Source: a virus. Taken from it: a DNA stretch of 64,000 nucleotides. The notes below the pieces were generated by a model. It searched no databases, was not told where the DNA came from, and saw only the letters and a program-made list of their open reading frames with translations. Positions within the stretch are counted from its first letter, which is position 1, and every line of letters begins with the position of its first letter. This document shows, piece after piece, positions 47,257 to 56,539 of this stretch. Both the position numbers and the translations under genes were made by a program. The DNA is taken from positions 64,001-128,000 of the IMG/VR virus record IMGVR_UViG_3300010165_000001; one strand, written 5' to 3'.

Positions 47257-48262
47257 TTATGAGGCTTTATCTGATGCTGTAAGATAAGAAACAATTTTGT
47301 TACGAATAGAATCGTTATTTCTATCCTTCTATATGTTTCCATATAGTTCAGACTATATCATCACCTTAAAATTGAAGGTGTCTCCCATTTCCAATCACTT
47401 GATTGTACGTCCGCAGACTAGTCGTTGCACGTTCTCTTGTTTTAAGAGCTTCGCTCATGATTGCCCTCAACATTACTTGTTAGGGGTTTCCATGAATTAG
47501 AGAGATTTGCTATAACCATTTCTGATTATAGGAGCTTTTTACCTACTCAATACTTTCTGTAATCATTTCATTGGTATTAATTTCTTCGTCCAATATCTTC
47601 ATACAAGGTCGTTAATCTTGTACAGTTCTCTAATGAACTTCTCTATGTTTCCATAGATGATGAGACTATATCACAATCCTATAAGGATTCTTTTCTTTTC
47701 CATTTAACAAGGGTTTATTTGGTAATTACCCAACACCTTGACCACTTGGTTGTACACTTACTCCCTTTGAATAATCAATTAGGTTTCTGTTAGTCGTTTG
47801 GCATTTATGATTCTAGGAATCAATTTAGCACAGGATTGCCATATACTTAATGTACTTAGGTTTCCCTGTTTAGAAAAGTTTTTCGATAAGGATTACTCCT
47901 TAAAGCTACAACTTATTATAGTTATTTGCGCTGCAACCATGATAAGCTATGATTACACTCTTAGTTAAGTTATCTACAACTAAAATGTCGATAACATCTT
48001 TTTTAAGGATTTCTTCACCTAAAGAAGCATATCCTAATTTTGCGAAGTTTTCTTTTTTCATTCGTAATCTTTCTATCGTCACTGTACCTTCATATCTAAG
48101 GTAAACGTGTTCTTGTGGCATGATAGAACCAATTTCATATACGCCCTCAGTACCGTATTCACGTGTACCTGAAGCTGATTGAGCTCTGCCTACAATTTTA
48201 CCCTTAATCATTAGATAGACGGTATTACCAGTGTGAATACTTTGTTTAGCTTCACTTGCCAT
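47257..48262 (-). CDS. Tail tube protein, split into three exons (47918..48262, 47545..47590, 47257..47291); the spliced product is 141 aa
   Basis: The track ORF 47906..48262 ends prematurely at ..CSANNYNKL*. The downstream pieces encode DEEINTNEMITESIE and (F)SYLTASDKAS*. Together these restore the C-terminus I remember from the 142-aa phage K tube protein (..NNYNETWQTNEIVTEEIEFSYLTASDKART). Confidence 0.8.
47292..47544 (-). ncRNA. Group I intron 2 in the tail tube gene (ORF-less, 253 nt)
   Basis: Minus-strand elements: IGS GCTC pairing with exon GAGT, P2 CTATAA/TTATAG, GGCAATCATGAGCGAAGCTC, R GTGCAACGACTAG (47419-47430), S GATGATATAGTCTGAAC (47346-47362), and the hairpin CTATATGGAAACATATAG. 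It ends ..AAAATTG. It resembles, from memory, the crystallised Twort orf142-I2 ribozyme almost block for block. Confidence 0.85.
47591..47917 (-). ncRNA. Group I intron 1 in the tail tube gene (ORF-less, ~327 nt)
   Basis: Minus-strand core elements: CAGGGAAACC..GGCAATCCTGTGCTAA, R-like GCCAAACGACTAAC (47791-47802), S-like GTGATATAGTCTC (47662-47674), and a GAAA-capped hairpin CTATGGAAACATAG. The terminal nucleotide is G (47591). The P1 hairpin CTAT|AATAAGTTGTAG places a U.G pair at the splice site. Boundaries are +/- a few nt. Confidence 0.8.
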
Positions 48263-48302
48263 CTATATTCACTCTCCTATTTTGTTTAACTTTTTCATAA
48301 TA

Positions 48303-48325
48303 GGAGTACCTAATCTAGGTACTCC
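48303..48325 (-). other. Intergenic 10-bp stem-loop between the sheath and tube genes
   Basis: The stem is ggagtaccta/taggtactcc with a 3-nt loop. No T-run follows on the minus strand, so this is not a classic terminator. It may be an mRNA stability or processing element. Confidence 0.3.
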
Positions 48326-48331
48326 ACTAGA

Positions 48332-50101
48332 TTAGGCTTGTAATTGTTGTTCTTTATAAACCAATGATACAGTAATTTTTTTCAATGTTCTGATTGGGAA
48401 TACTGTCATTGAGATACGTGCTTCTTTACCTTCAATAATAACTTGTACGTCTTCTGGTGTGAAATCTTGGATTTCATGGTCACGTTTTTTACGTTCAAGA
48501 TAAGACTGAATAAAGTCTTTGATAATTGAAGGACTTGTTTCTGTTGTTCTAGTACCGATGAAGTTATCATCAAGTAAGATTTTAAGTTCAGAACTTAAGA
48601 AGTCGTTTTCTTCACCAATTGCCATTTCAGATTTAACAGGGTCTCTTGTATCATTGTATGTTGTAACGTCATCTACAATACGGAAACGAGTGTTTAATCT
48701 GTCACGAACGAATTCGATAGATACAACACCGTTTTCGTTTAATTGGTCTAAGTCTGAGGATTCATAAACTTGGTCTAATGAATTAATACGGAAGTTCTTG
48801 AATGTGATTGACTCACCAATATCTAGTCCACTTACTAAACCACCAATAGCTGCTGCTACCATATATGCAGGTACATGGTTTCTACGTCCATCTCCCATCA
48901 TAAATGTACCAGAGTTAGCTATAAGCGTAACACGTGGATTTACTAGAGCTGAAGCACGACCAATTAATTGTTCTTTTGCTTCATTAAACCCTGCACCAAC
49001 AATAGCTCTCATTGGTTCTCCTGCATCTGAACGTGAAGTTACAAAATGTGCAACCTCTGCGTGTACAGATTGTCTAGAACTTAGTGGTACAATGTAGTAT
49101 CCACCTTCATGAGCAAATTTATCTAATTTTTCTGACCAAGTGCTTGGAGGTGTTCCATTTGTTCCGCCTTGTAAGTTAGATAATTCAAATGGTTCAATGT
49201 CTTGTACAGATACAGTACTTCCTGCTGATACTTCAGCACTACTTTCACCTGCTTCTACACTTACATCGCTTGGAGAATCTTGTTGTCCTTCTGTACGTTC
49301 AATTGATATTGCTTGGTCATATTTTGTTTGATTTAAAATATCACCGAAGATTGCTGTTACATAAACCCCATCTTCAACTTTAATATCTACATCTTTAGCT
49401 TCATCTAAATACTTAGTTTCTAAGTCTTTATTTCCGAATGGTGATAATGTAGCTTTAAAGCTTGGTAAGTTGTTTACGTCTTTAATGATGTCATTCGTAT
49501 ATTCATATACACCTTCACCTAGTGCATAGTTTCTTACTTCTGAACCATCTTCACTTAAGATTAGGTTTGTAGCTTCACCAGTTTCTTTATTATGTTTAAC
49601 TGTATAAGTACCTTGACCTTCTCCTGTATATTCTAATTTGAAGATATTACCAATATTATCGTAAGTGTTACGAATACGGTCTTTATCAAAGATAACTTTC
49701 AAACGGTAAGAATCTGTGATAGTGTTTTCTTCTAAAGCAACTTGAATGTCATTAGAGTCTACACCATAGATTTTAGATTTAAAAGTTAATCCACCTTTAG
49801 TTAGTGTTGCAGGTTCTGCATCTTCAATACGCATTGCTAAAATAGTTCCTGCTGTAAATTGTGGGTTTGTAGTCCATGCTAAGTGAATAGCATCTACTAA
49901 TTCTCCTGAACGGAAAATTTGTTCAGCTTGTGAATAATTTCGTAATTCATATACTGTGTTAGGTTCCCCACCTTCAGCTTGTCCAATTAAGCAAAGAATC
50001 TTCTCACTTGAACTTGCTGAACCACCAATACCTGACGTATCTACATTTATTTCTGTATGTGGACGGGTGATAGGGATTCTTGGAAATACACTTTCAGCCA
50101 T
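48332..50101 (-). CDS. Tail sheath protein
   Basis: 589 aa. The N-terminus, MAESVFPRIPITRPHTEINVDTSGIGG.., resembles the phage K sheath N-terminus I remember (587 aa). It lies directly upstream of the tube gene. Confidence 0.85.
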   Translation of the reverse strand: MAESVFPRIPITRPHTEINVDTSGIGGSASSSEKILCLIGQAEGGEPNTVYELRNYSQAEQIFRSGELVDAIHLAWTTNPQFTAGTILAMRIEDAEPATLTKGGLTFKSKIYGVDSNDIQVALEENTITDSYRLKVIFDKDRIRNTYDNIGNIFKLEYTGEGQGTYTVKHNKETGEATNLILSEDGSEVRNYALGEGVYEYTNDIIKDVNNLPSFKATLSPFGNKDLETKYLDEAKDVDIKVEDGVYVTAIFGDILNQTKYDQAISIERTEGQQDSPSDVSVEAGESSAEVSAGSTVSVQDIEPFELSNLQGGTNGTPPSTWSEKLDKFAHEGGYYIVPLSSRQSVHAEVAHFVTSRSDAGEPMRAIVGAGFNEAKEQLIGRASALVNPRVTLIANSGTFMMGDGRRNHVPAYMVAAAIGGLVSGLDIGESITFKNFRINSLDQVYESSDLDQLNENGVVSIEFVRDRLNTRFRIVDDVTTYNDTRDPVKSEMAIGEENDFLSSELKILLDDNFIGTRTTETSPSIIKDFIQSYLERKKRDHEIQDFTPEDVQVIIEGKEARISMTVFPIRTLKKITVSLVYKEQQLQA

Positions 50102-50122
50102 ATTATTTATGTCTCCTATCTA

Positions 50123-50350
50123 TTATTTTAATTTTTTACCTAAATAACTTTCTAAGTAAGGTATAAAATCACGTTCTGAACGTTGATAATATTTACCTTC
50201 CATAAAAGCTTTAAATCCTTTAGCTTCTCCATCAGAGAATTTAAAGACTGTTTGTGCTGAGTTAATAAAAGTATCTATATCAGCATATCCTGTGAATTTA
50301 GGTTTTGTTTGTTTTGTTGTTGGTTTTTTACTAGCCATTGTTATAGTCAT
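50123..50350 (-). CDS. Hypothetical protein (75 aa)
   Basis: Minus-strand ORF between the connector genes and the sheath gene. It overlaps the upstream gene by 20 nt. Confidence 0.5.
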   Translation of the reverse strand: MTITMASKKPTTKQTKPKFTGYADIDTFINSAQTVFKFSDGEAKGFKAFMEGKYYQRSERDFIPYLESYLGKKLK

Positions 50351-51173
50351 ACCTTCCTTTAAATGTTAATTTGTTGATGTCTTGAGTGATTGTATAGTCC
50401 ATATCTATAGATGTTTCATATGAAATGATTGTTGGTCTACCCCAAATATAAAAATCAGTATCTGTAATTATAGGGGATAAATCTCCGAACTCTAATCTTT
50501 GTAATTGTAAAGATTGTTGTTCTTGTAAGCTATCTCTCATTGATATTAAAATCATTTTTAAAATAGCATCTAAACACCTTGCTGTATCTACGTTATCAGA
50601 TAATCCAACAATCGTTACTTGTTCACTAACAGTAAAACCTTTTACAAGACCTTTAGTATCACCTGTTTTTTCAACATATTTAACAATAGCCTGATAATTT
50701 TCTAAAGATTCATTTCCATCATATCTAAAAGAAATAACATTATCTTCCCACTTCAAATCATCAAACTCAGCAAAGGAAATATGTTCTACAACTAATACAT
50801 CATGAATAGGTTTAGAAACTTTAAGTTTCAATCTATCCCCATCTCTATACACTGTACTATATTCAGATTGTGTATTACCACTTGCTTCTAAGTAATCAGC
50901 TTGTATATTAGAGAAGGATGTATTTGATTCCCTGCCTTGTCCTTGTTGAATGAGATAATGTGCTTTAGTACCATTTTTAAATTCAGGTGTTTTGAAACTT
51001 ATAGTGACTTCATAAGGTGCATTTTCTCCACAAAAACCTTCTTTAAAGTTCTCTCTTGTGGATTCGTTGTAGTCCTTCAAAACCTCGTCTATAATATAAC
51101 AATTTTTAAGCACTGTCTGTAATCTAGGCTCTATTTCTTCTAGTAAATATGAGTCAGTTGAAGTGATAGCCAT
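50331..51173 (-). CDS. Head-tail joining/tail completion structural protein (280 aa)
   Basis: Called from position in the connector block between capsid and sheath. Size matches a 278-aa gene I recall in phage K. Confidence 0.5.
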   Translation of the reverse strand: MAITSTDSYLLEEIEPRLQTVLKNCYIIDEVLKDYNESTRENFKEGFCGENAPYEVTISFKTPEFKNGTKAHYLIQQGQGRESNTSFSNIQADYLEASGNTQSEYSTVYRDGDRLKLKVSKPIHDVLVVEHISFAEFDDLKWEDNVISFRYDGNESLENYQAIVKYVEKTGDTKGLVKGFTVSEQVTIVGLSDNVDTARCLDAILKMILISMRDSLQEQQSLQLQRLEFGDLSPIITDTDFYIWGRPTIISYETSIDMDYTITQDINKLTFKGRYDYNNG

Positions 51174-51189
51174 AATAGTCTTTTCTCCT

Positions 51190-51798
51190 TTATAGGTTGT
51201 TCATCTTCCATCTCATTAATGATTCAATATCTCTTCTATCTCTTGAAGACATCCCTTCAGTATTTCCTCTGTTTATTATCCAAGAGTTTGGAGGTGATGT
51301 ATCAGAAACTGTTCTGAAGAATACATAATGAGATTTGTTTTTAGGTTTATCTACTTTAGTTATATTTTTACTAGCTTGTTTTGGTGCTAAGCTAGGGACT
51401 GTTGTTTTCTGTCTAGTACCTTCTATATAATCTATTAAAGTATTTGTATACTTACCTTGTTTTTGAACCTTGTTTAATTTTGTATACATTCTACTACTCA
51501 TTTGACTTGTTTTTACACGAATAGGTACTATTAAGTACCATCCCCCATCTTTCTTGTCTTTCTTCTTAGAAGACCTAGCAAAGTATGGTTTTAAGTCAAT
51601 GATATTGTTTTCTTCCATTTTCTTTTCTATTTGAATTCTGTTATTAACTCTAGTTACCTTTACATCGTCCATATCCATTTGGATTTGTTGAGCTTGTAAA
51701 TGTAATTCATTTGTAGCATCATTCTCTAAACCTTTAGCAATCTTCCTAGATGATTCACTAGGATTTGCTAAAAACTTAGGTATTTTATTCTTTGCCAT
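51190..51798 (-). CDS. Head-tail connector-module protein (202 aa)
   Basis: Called from position. Size matches a 206-aa gene I recall in phage K. Confidence 0.5.
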   Translation of the reverse strand: MAKNKIPKFLANPSESSRKIAKGLENDATNELHLQAQQIQMDMDDVKVTRVNNRIQIEKKMEENNIIDLKPYFARSSKKKDKKDGGWYLIVPIRVKTSQMSSRMYTKLNKVQKQGKYTNTLIDYIEGTRQKTTVPSLAPKQASKNITKVDKPKNKSHYVFFRTVSDTSPPNSWIINRGNTEGMSSRDRRDIESLMRWKMNNL

Positions 51799-52679
51799 TA
51801 GAAAACACCACCAAAGAATCCACCTTTATTTTCTTGACTTGTAGGTTTAGCCTTAGGGTCATCTATAACATCATCTATTTGTATATCCTCATTAATACCA
51901 TCTTTAGGTTTATATGCTTCTGGTTTAACAAAAACGTCTTCTCTTTTTAAGAGTAACTTTTGTGGTAAATTTTCAAATTTAGTTTGAGGTTCATTGAATT
52001 GTGTATATTGATAACGACTTTCTTTAAGTATATCTGAAACAGTATATCTTAAAGTCATATATATTTTTAAAGATACATTTTGTCCTATAAATGATTTATC
52101 TAAATATAGTCTATTATCTTTTACTGTATAATCTTCTTCATACAAGACACGTTCATCTGTTGTTATATATATAATTTCTTTTGTATCATAGACTAATGAT
52201 ATTCCTTTTTTAACTCTATCTTCTGTTATTAAGAAAATCATATGTTGAGGCATTACTACATCTGGAACTGTAAATCTATCCCTGTAGGATACTCTATGTT
52301 CTAATTGTGTTGTTCCTATAGCAGTTCCTGTTTCCATAATACCTAAGTCGAATACACTCACACCTTTACCTTGTGATTGAATAGCCATTACTGTCTCTTT
52401 AGGTGGTAAATAGGCTATACCTGAACCATGGCATCTTGGACAATCTATTCTAGGTGCTCCTGTTTTTGTATTTAAACAAGGACAGAGGTATGCTTGTTCC
52501 CAAAGAACTTTTATACCTCTATGATACATAAACCTACGCATTTCTTTTGTGTCAAATTCTAATCTTGTTGTTGATGTTTGAGGTTCTTCTTTTTCTAAAG
52601 GAGAGTAGGAAGTATCATTGCTTATAGAAGGATTAACTTTATCTACTCTACTACTTGTTAATTTATAACTCTTTTCCAA
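51798..52679 (-). CDS. Head-tail connector-module protein (293 aa)
   Basis: Called from position. It contains a 4-Cys cluster (CPCLNTKTGAPRIDCPRCHGSG). Size matches a 292-aa gene I recall in phage K. Confidence 0.5.
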   Translation of the reverse strand: MEKSYKLTSSRVDKVNPSISNDTSYSPLEKEEPQTSTTRLEFDTKEMRRFMYHRGIKVLWEQAYLCPCLNTKTGAPRIDCPRCHGSGIAYLPPKETVMAIQSQGKGVSVFDLGIMETGTAIGTTQLEHRVSYRDRFTVPDVVMPQHMIFLITEDRVKKGISLVYDTKEIIYITTDERVLYEEDYTVKDNRLYLDKSFIGQNVSLKIYMTLRYTVSDILKESRYQYTQFNEPQTKFENLPQKLLLKREDVFVKPEAYKPKDGINEDIQIDDVIDDPKAKPTSQENKGGFFGGVF

Positions 52680-52692
52680 ATATATTCCTCCT

Positions 52693-53604
52693 TTAGATAG
52701 CTACCATGTTAGTACCAAAGTATGATTGTAGACCTTTTAATAGCTCATCAATATCATCATTTATTTGAAGGATTTGAGCACTAGCCCCACCATACATAGC
52801 TGTTTGAGTAGTACCAATTGTTTCACTAATACCATCAACATCTAGTGTTTTGTTTGCGATACCTGCACCAATAATCAAGTTACCCCATACTTGATATATC
52901 TCTTTAAGTGCATATTTAATTACTAATTGTTGCAAACTTGTAGGACATTCCCATGGTTTAGTTACACCTGCTCTTTTCTGTGGTAACATACCTGAAATAT
53001 ATTCTAAGTGTATCATTTGTGGAGCATAAGTATTACCTTGTGGTGGCATCATACCTGCTAGATAAGGATAACCACTTACCATACTAGAATAACTAGCTCC
53101 TTGCCCTACTTGCATTAAAGCTGTTGGGTATAGTTGTACTTGTCCATCTACATGGTGTACTTTCCACCAGTTAGCTGGGTATTTATATATTGGTCTACCA
53201 TTGAAGTGTAATTGTAATCCTTCAACTTGTAAGATTGGTTTCTTATAAGCATGAACAAACATATAACTATTGAAATCTTGTTCATAGTAGTCTCTTTGCT
53301 CATCTTGGAAATCGGGTAGTATAGATATATCTAATGCTTTTTCTGCTTTATCTATAGCCACTTCAAATACATGATTGTAGAAGGCATCATCCATTTCTTT
53401 ACCTGTTTCAGGGTTTTGTACCCTTATACCATACATGTAATGTTCTTTGATAGCTTCAGGTGTCCATCCATAATCAGCTAGAGTATATGATTCTACTTCT
53501 GATTTATCTATCTTCTTAGGATTACCTGCTGGGTGATAAGGATACTCATAATTATCTGTTGTTTCATACGGGTCTAGATGTCCGCCAAACATAGGGTTAG
53601 ACAT
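52693..53604 (-). CDS. Head-tail connector-module protein (303 aa)
   Basis: Called from position. Size matches a 302-aa gene I recall in phage K. Confidence 0.5.
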   Translation of the reverse strand: MSNPMFGGHLDPYETTDNYEYPYHPAGNPKKIDKSEVESYTLADYGWTPEAIKEHYMYGIRVQNPETGKEMDDAFYNHVFEVAIDKAEKALDISILPDFQDEQRDYYEQDFNSYMFVHAYKKPILQVEGLQLHFNGRPIYKYPANWWKVHHVDGQVQLYPTALMQVGQGASYSSMVSGYPYLAGMMPPQGNTYAPQMIHLEYISGMLPQKRAGVTKPWECPTSLQQLVIKYALKEIYQVWGNLIIGAGIANKTLDVDGISETIGTTQTAMYGGASAQILQINDDIDELLKGLQSYFGTNMVAI

Positions 53605-53616
53605 TCTTTATCACCT

Positions 53617-53910
53617 TTATTTCTCTTCAGTTTTTTTAGTTGTTTTACGTGCAGTTGTTTTTCTAGTAGTTCCTGTTGTCTTTTTAGTTGTTGAAGTTTT
53701 TCCCTCTTCTTTAGAATCTTCTTTATTCTCTGACTTAGATTGTGATTTATTAGTAGATTTTGACTCTTCTGCTTGTTCAAAATTAAATCCATTTAAAAGA
53801 ATATCTTCATCTGCTTTCTTTAATCCTTTAACTAATCCAAATTCATCAACTGTAACTTCTCCTACTACAGTTTGAACTTTTTTATTAAATGAGCCTTTAT
53901 ATTTTAGCAT
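53617..53910 (-). CDS. Hypothetical protein with a Lys/Thr-rich tail (97 aa)
   Basis: First ORF after the capsid terminator. The C-terminus is low-complexity: TTKKTTGTTRKTTARKTTKKTEEK. Confidence 0.5.
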   Translation of the reverse strand: MLKYKGSFNKKVQTVVGEVTVDEFGLVKGLKKADEDILLNGFNFEQAEESKSTNKSQSKSENKEDSKEEGKTSTTKKTTGTTRKTTARKTTKKTEEK

Positions 53911-53938
53911 ATATTAGTATCCTTTCTTTTATTATAAT

Positions 53939-53969
53939 AAAAAAAGCTAAGGTTATATGACCTTAGCTT
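53939..53969 (-). terminator. Rho-independent terminator after the major capsid gene
   Basis: A 9-bp stem, aagctaagg/ccttagctt, is followed on the minus strand by T7. Confidence 0.75.
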
Positions 53970-54009
53970 ATTGAGTTGTATTAAATTGTTATTTAAAGTG
54001 TTTATTAAA

Positions 54010-55434
54010 TTAGTGTGCGTATGGGTTAACTGCTGTGTAACGAACGTTTTTAATACGAGCCCATTTTTTAGGTGCACGTAATGCTAAAGCACCATACCAT
54101 AATACTGCAAATGTAATTGAAGCATTAATTTGAGCTAATGGTAATCTCATCATTGGAAGTAACTCGAATAAGTGAATTACTGTTGGAGTTAATTCACCAA
54201 CGAATACATCTGCTGTTTCTGGTAAGTTTTCGTTACGGTCTAAGTACACAATGTTTCCTTCTTCGTTTTGTTGAGAAACTGCTACTCTATCGATTAGGTA
54301 GAATAAACCAGTGTTTTTACCTTGACGGTAAATAGAAACGAATTGAGGTTGAGATTGATACATAGATTGTAATTGAATAGTTAATTCAACTGCATCTGTA
54401 GCATTTGAAACTTGTGCTTGTACTTCTTCACTAGCATAAGATTTAGCTTCATCTGAGTTTACTACTACTTTGTAGTTAACTTCAGTTTCTTGTGGGTCGT
54501 CAAATTTACCTTTTTGGTCTGTTTGAACAGTAGCACTTACTTTAGCTGGTTGAGGTGCATTTGGTTTTGGTTGAACTGATTCGTCTAAAATTAAGTCATT
54601 TTCCATTACAGTAGAACCATGTAAAGCAATGTGTCCACGTACTGAGTTAAATCCTTGTACGTTGTAACCTGCTGTTAAGTTACCACTGTTGTCTGACATT
54701 AATTGACGTTGGTTAGAAAGCATATCGTTTACGAATTCTGCATGTACACCTAAAGGCATGAAAGCATCTGTAGGTTGTCCGAAACCTTTAGAAATGTGAA
54801 CTGCTGCATCATTTAATAATAATTGGTCTAATGCTTTACCTTTTGCATCAATTACGTTTTCTTTAGAAATTAATTTAACTAAACCATCAAATTCAAGTCC
54901 GCCTTCGTTAGTTGGTTCACTTGATAATGAAGCATCACCATAGAATGAAGCCCACTCAATGTTTTTAGCAACTGTTACAATTGCATCTTCTGTCAAGATT
55001 TGAGCAGGGTCTTCAACGTTGTTTACTAACGTTGTAGCGATTGACATGTTACGAGTAGAACTTACGTATTTCATGTTAACGGTCTTTTGACGGATGTTAG
55101 GGTCTGATACAGGTGCTACGCCGATTTCACGAACGAAACCTGAGTGACCTACTTCACCATGGTTTAAGTAAACGTCATATTTCATAACTGTTGATTGAGC
55201 TGGACGTTTAGTAATTTGTCTGAAGAAAATCAAGTCTTCATTAGTATAAGTAAGCATTGTAATTTGGTCATCTAAAATTTCTCTACGTAAAGCTCCTGCA
55301 TCAATTTGTGTATCAGGAGTAATTCCGTATCCTGTTTGGAATGATTTTGACAATTGTTCTTGCAAGTTTTCAGCGAATTCACGTTGACTTGGTTTTAACT
55401 TTTGTTCAAAACCGTTTTTATTTTCTTCGGTCAT
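54010..55434 (-). CDS. Major capsid protein
   Basis: 474 aa. The gene follows the prohead protease and the acidic protein and is followed by a strong terminator. Size is close to the 463-aa MCP I recall in phage K. Confidence 0.8.
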   Translation of the reverse strand: MTEENKNGFEQKLKPSQREFAENLQEQLSKSFQTGYGITPDTQIDAGALRREILDDQITMLTYTNEDLIFFRQITKRPAQSTVMKYDVYLNHGEVGHSGFVREIGVAPVSDPNIRQKTVNMKYVSSTRNMSIATTLVNNVEDPAQILTEDAIVTVAKNIEWASFYGDASLSSEPTNEGGLEFDGLVKLISKENVIDAKGKALDQLLLNDAAVHISKGFGQPTDAFMPLGVHAEFVNDMLSNQRQLMSDNSGNLTAGYNVQGFNSVRGHIALHGSTVMENDLILDESVQPKPNAPQPAKVSATVQTDQKGKFDDPQETEVNYKVVVNSDEAKSYASEEVQAQVSNATDAVELTIQLQSMYQSQPQFVSIYRQGKNTGLFYLIDRVAVSQQNEEGNIVYLDRNENLPETADVFVGELTPTVIHLFELLPMMRLPLAQINASITFAVLWYGALALRAPKKWARIKNVRYTAVNPYAH

Positions 55435-55519
55435 TTATTATTCACCTTTCATTTATATGTTTTTTAAAAGTTTAAATTTTATTTCACTTCGTACTATAAT
55501 ATAACATAAGTTTTACTGT

Positions 55520-56539
55520 TTACTCTAAACCTGCAAAACGTTTGATATTTTGTACTTGGTCTTCAGTTGCTACACCATTTTGCCAATTGATATAGTCTTG
55601 ACGAGCAATTTCAATTTCGTTGTTACGTGGTGATTTTGAAGCACGTTCAGTAAATTGTTTCATGAAAGCACTTCTAAGTTTAGCATTTTCTTCATCTTTG
55701 TTATCTTGTGCTTGTTCTTCAGTAACTTGTTCTTGTGGAGCATCTTCTACAGAGCTATCTCCTTCTACTGATTTAGAAACAATACCTTCAGCTTTTTCAC
55801 CTTTAGCAACTGTTTCAGCAGTAGCTGATTTTTGAACTACATCTTCTTCATTAGATTCTTCATTCATGTAGTCAGTTGATTTAGAAATTGGAGCTTCTTC
55901 TTTAGCTTCAATTTTTTCATTTAACTCTTGAATAGAATCTTGAATTTTTTCTAAGTCTGATTTAGTAACAAATTCTTTTCTGTCTTCATTTAATGATTCT
56001 AAGTTTTTAAGAATAGAATTAAATCCTTTTAATACTTGTTCATCAGAGATTGATTTTTTAGCTTCTTCTTTTTTGTTCTTACGTTTCTCGTTGTCTTTAT
56101 CTTCTGTGTTAGTATCTGTATGGTCTACAGGGTCTTTAGATTCTTTTTTAGATTTCTCTTTATCTTCTGAATCTTCATCTTCTGAATCATCAGAGTCTTC
56201 ATCATCTTTTTCGTTCTTACGTTTCTTGTTGTCTTTATCTTCAGTGTTAGTGTCTTTTTGGTCTACTGGGTCGTTAGATTCTTTTTTAGATTTCTCTACT
56301 TCTTCTGAATCTTCACCTTCAACATGTTGTTCTTCTAAGTTCTTTTGGTCTTCTTTATTTTTCTCATCTTGCTCTTCAGTACCTTCTACTTTAGTAGGTT
56401 CTTTAGGTTCTTCTTGTGCATCAGCAGGTACTTGTTCATCTTCACCTTGTGCTTTGGTTACGTCTTCCGACTTAGTAACCTCTTCTTTATTTAGATTTTC
56501 GTACTTATCTAAAATATTATCAAATTCTGTACTAGCCAT
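55520..56539 (-). CDS. Highly acidic scaffold-like protein with an internal 46-aa duplication
   Basis: 339 aa and E/D/K-rich. It lies between the protease and capsid genes, where phage K has a 318-aa gene. Confidence 0.55.
   Translation of the reverse strand: MASTEFDNILDKYENLNKEEVTKSEDVTKAQGEDEQVPADAQEEPKEPTKVEGTEEQDEKNKEDQKNLEEQHVEGEDSEEVEKSKKESNDPVDQKDTNTEDKDNKKRKNEKDDEDSDDSEDEDSEDKEKSKKESKDPVDHTDTNTEDKDNEKRKNKKEEAKKSISDEQVLKGFNSILKNLESLNEDRKEFVTKSDLEKIQDSIQELNEKIEAKEEAPISKSTDYMNEESNEEDVVQKSATAETVAKGEKAEGIVSKSVEGDSSVEDAPQEQVTEEQAQDNKDEENAKLRSAFMKQFTERASKSPRNNEIEIARQDYINWQNGVATEDQVQNIKRFAGLE
56075..56320 (-). repeat. In-frame tandem duplication (138-bp unit, about 1.8 copies)
   Basis: The copy starting at 56075 (gttcttacgtttctcgttgtctttatcttc...) recurs at 56213 with a few substitutions. 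The encoded repeats are EKSKKESNDPVDQKDTNTEDKDNKKRKNEK and EKSKKESKDPVDHTDTNTEDKDNEKRKNKK. Confidence 0.8.

Noticed and set aside
47297-47500. Plus-strand 67-aa ORF inside the tail tube intron region, considered as a possible homing endonuclease gene
   Set aside because: It is on the wrong strand relative to the intron. It spans the intron 2 catalytic core (the R and S elements) and crosses the 3' splice site. It has no nuclease motifs. Both tube introns are best read as ORF-less.
47906-47917. The ..NKL* ending of the 118-aa tail tube ORF as the genuine C-terminus
   Set aside because: The conserved C-terminal ~25 aa of the tube protein are encoded downstream in two exons. The NKL-stop is read-through into intron 1.
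53574-53792. Minus-strand 72-aa ORF overlapping 53617..53910 in another frame
   Set aside because: It is an alternative frame of a Lys-rich region, with a repetitive K/Q/L product and no independent RBS. It also overlaps the start of the next gene. The 97-aa frame fits the gene spacing better.
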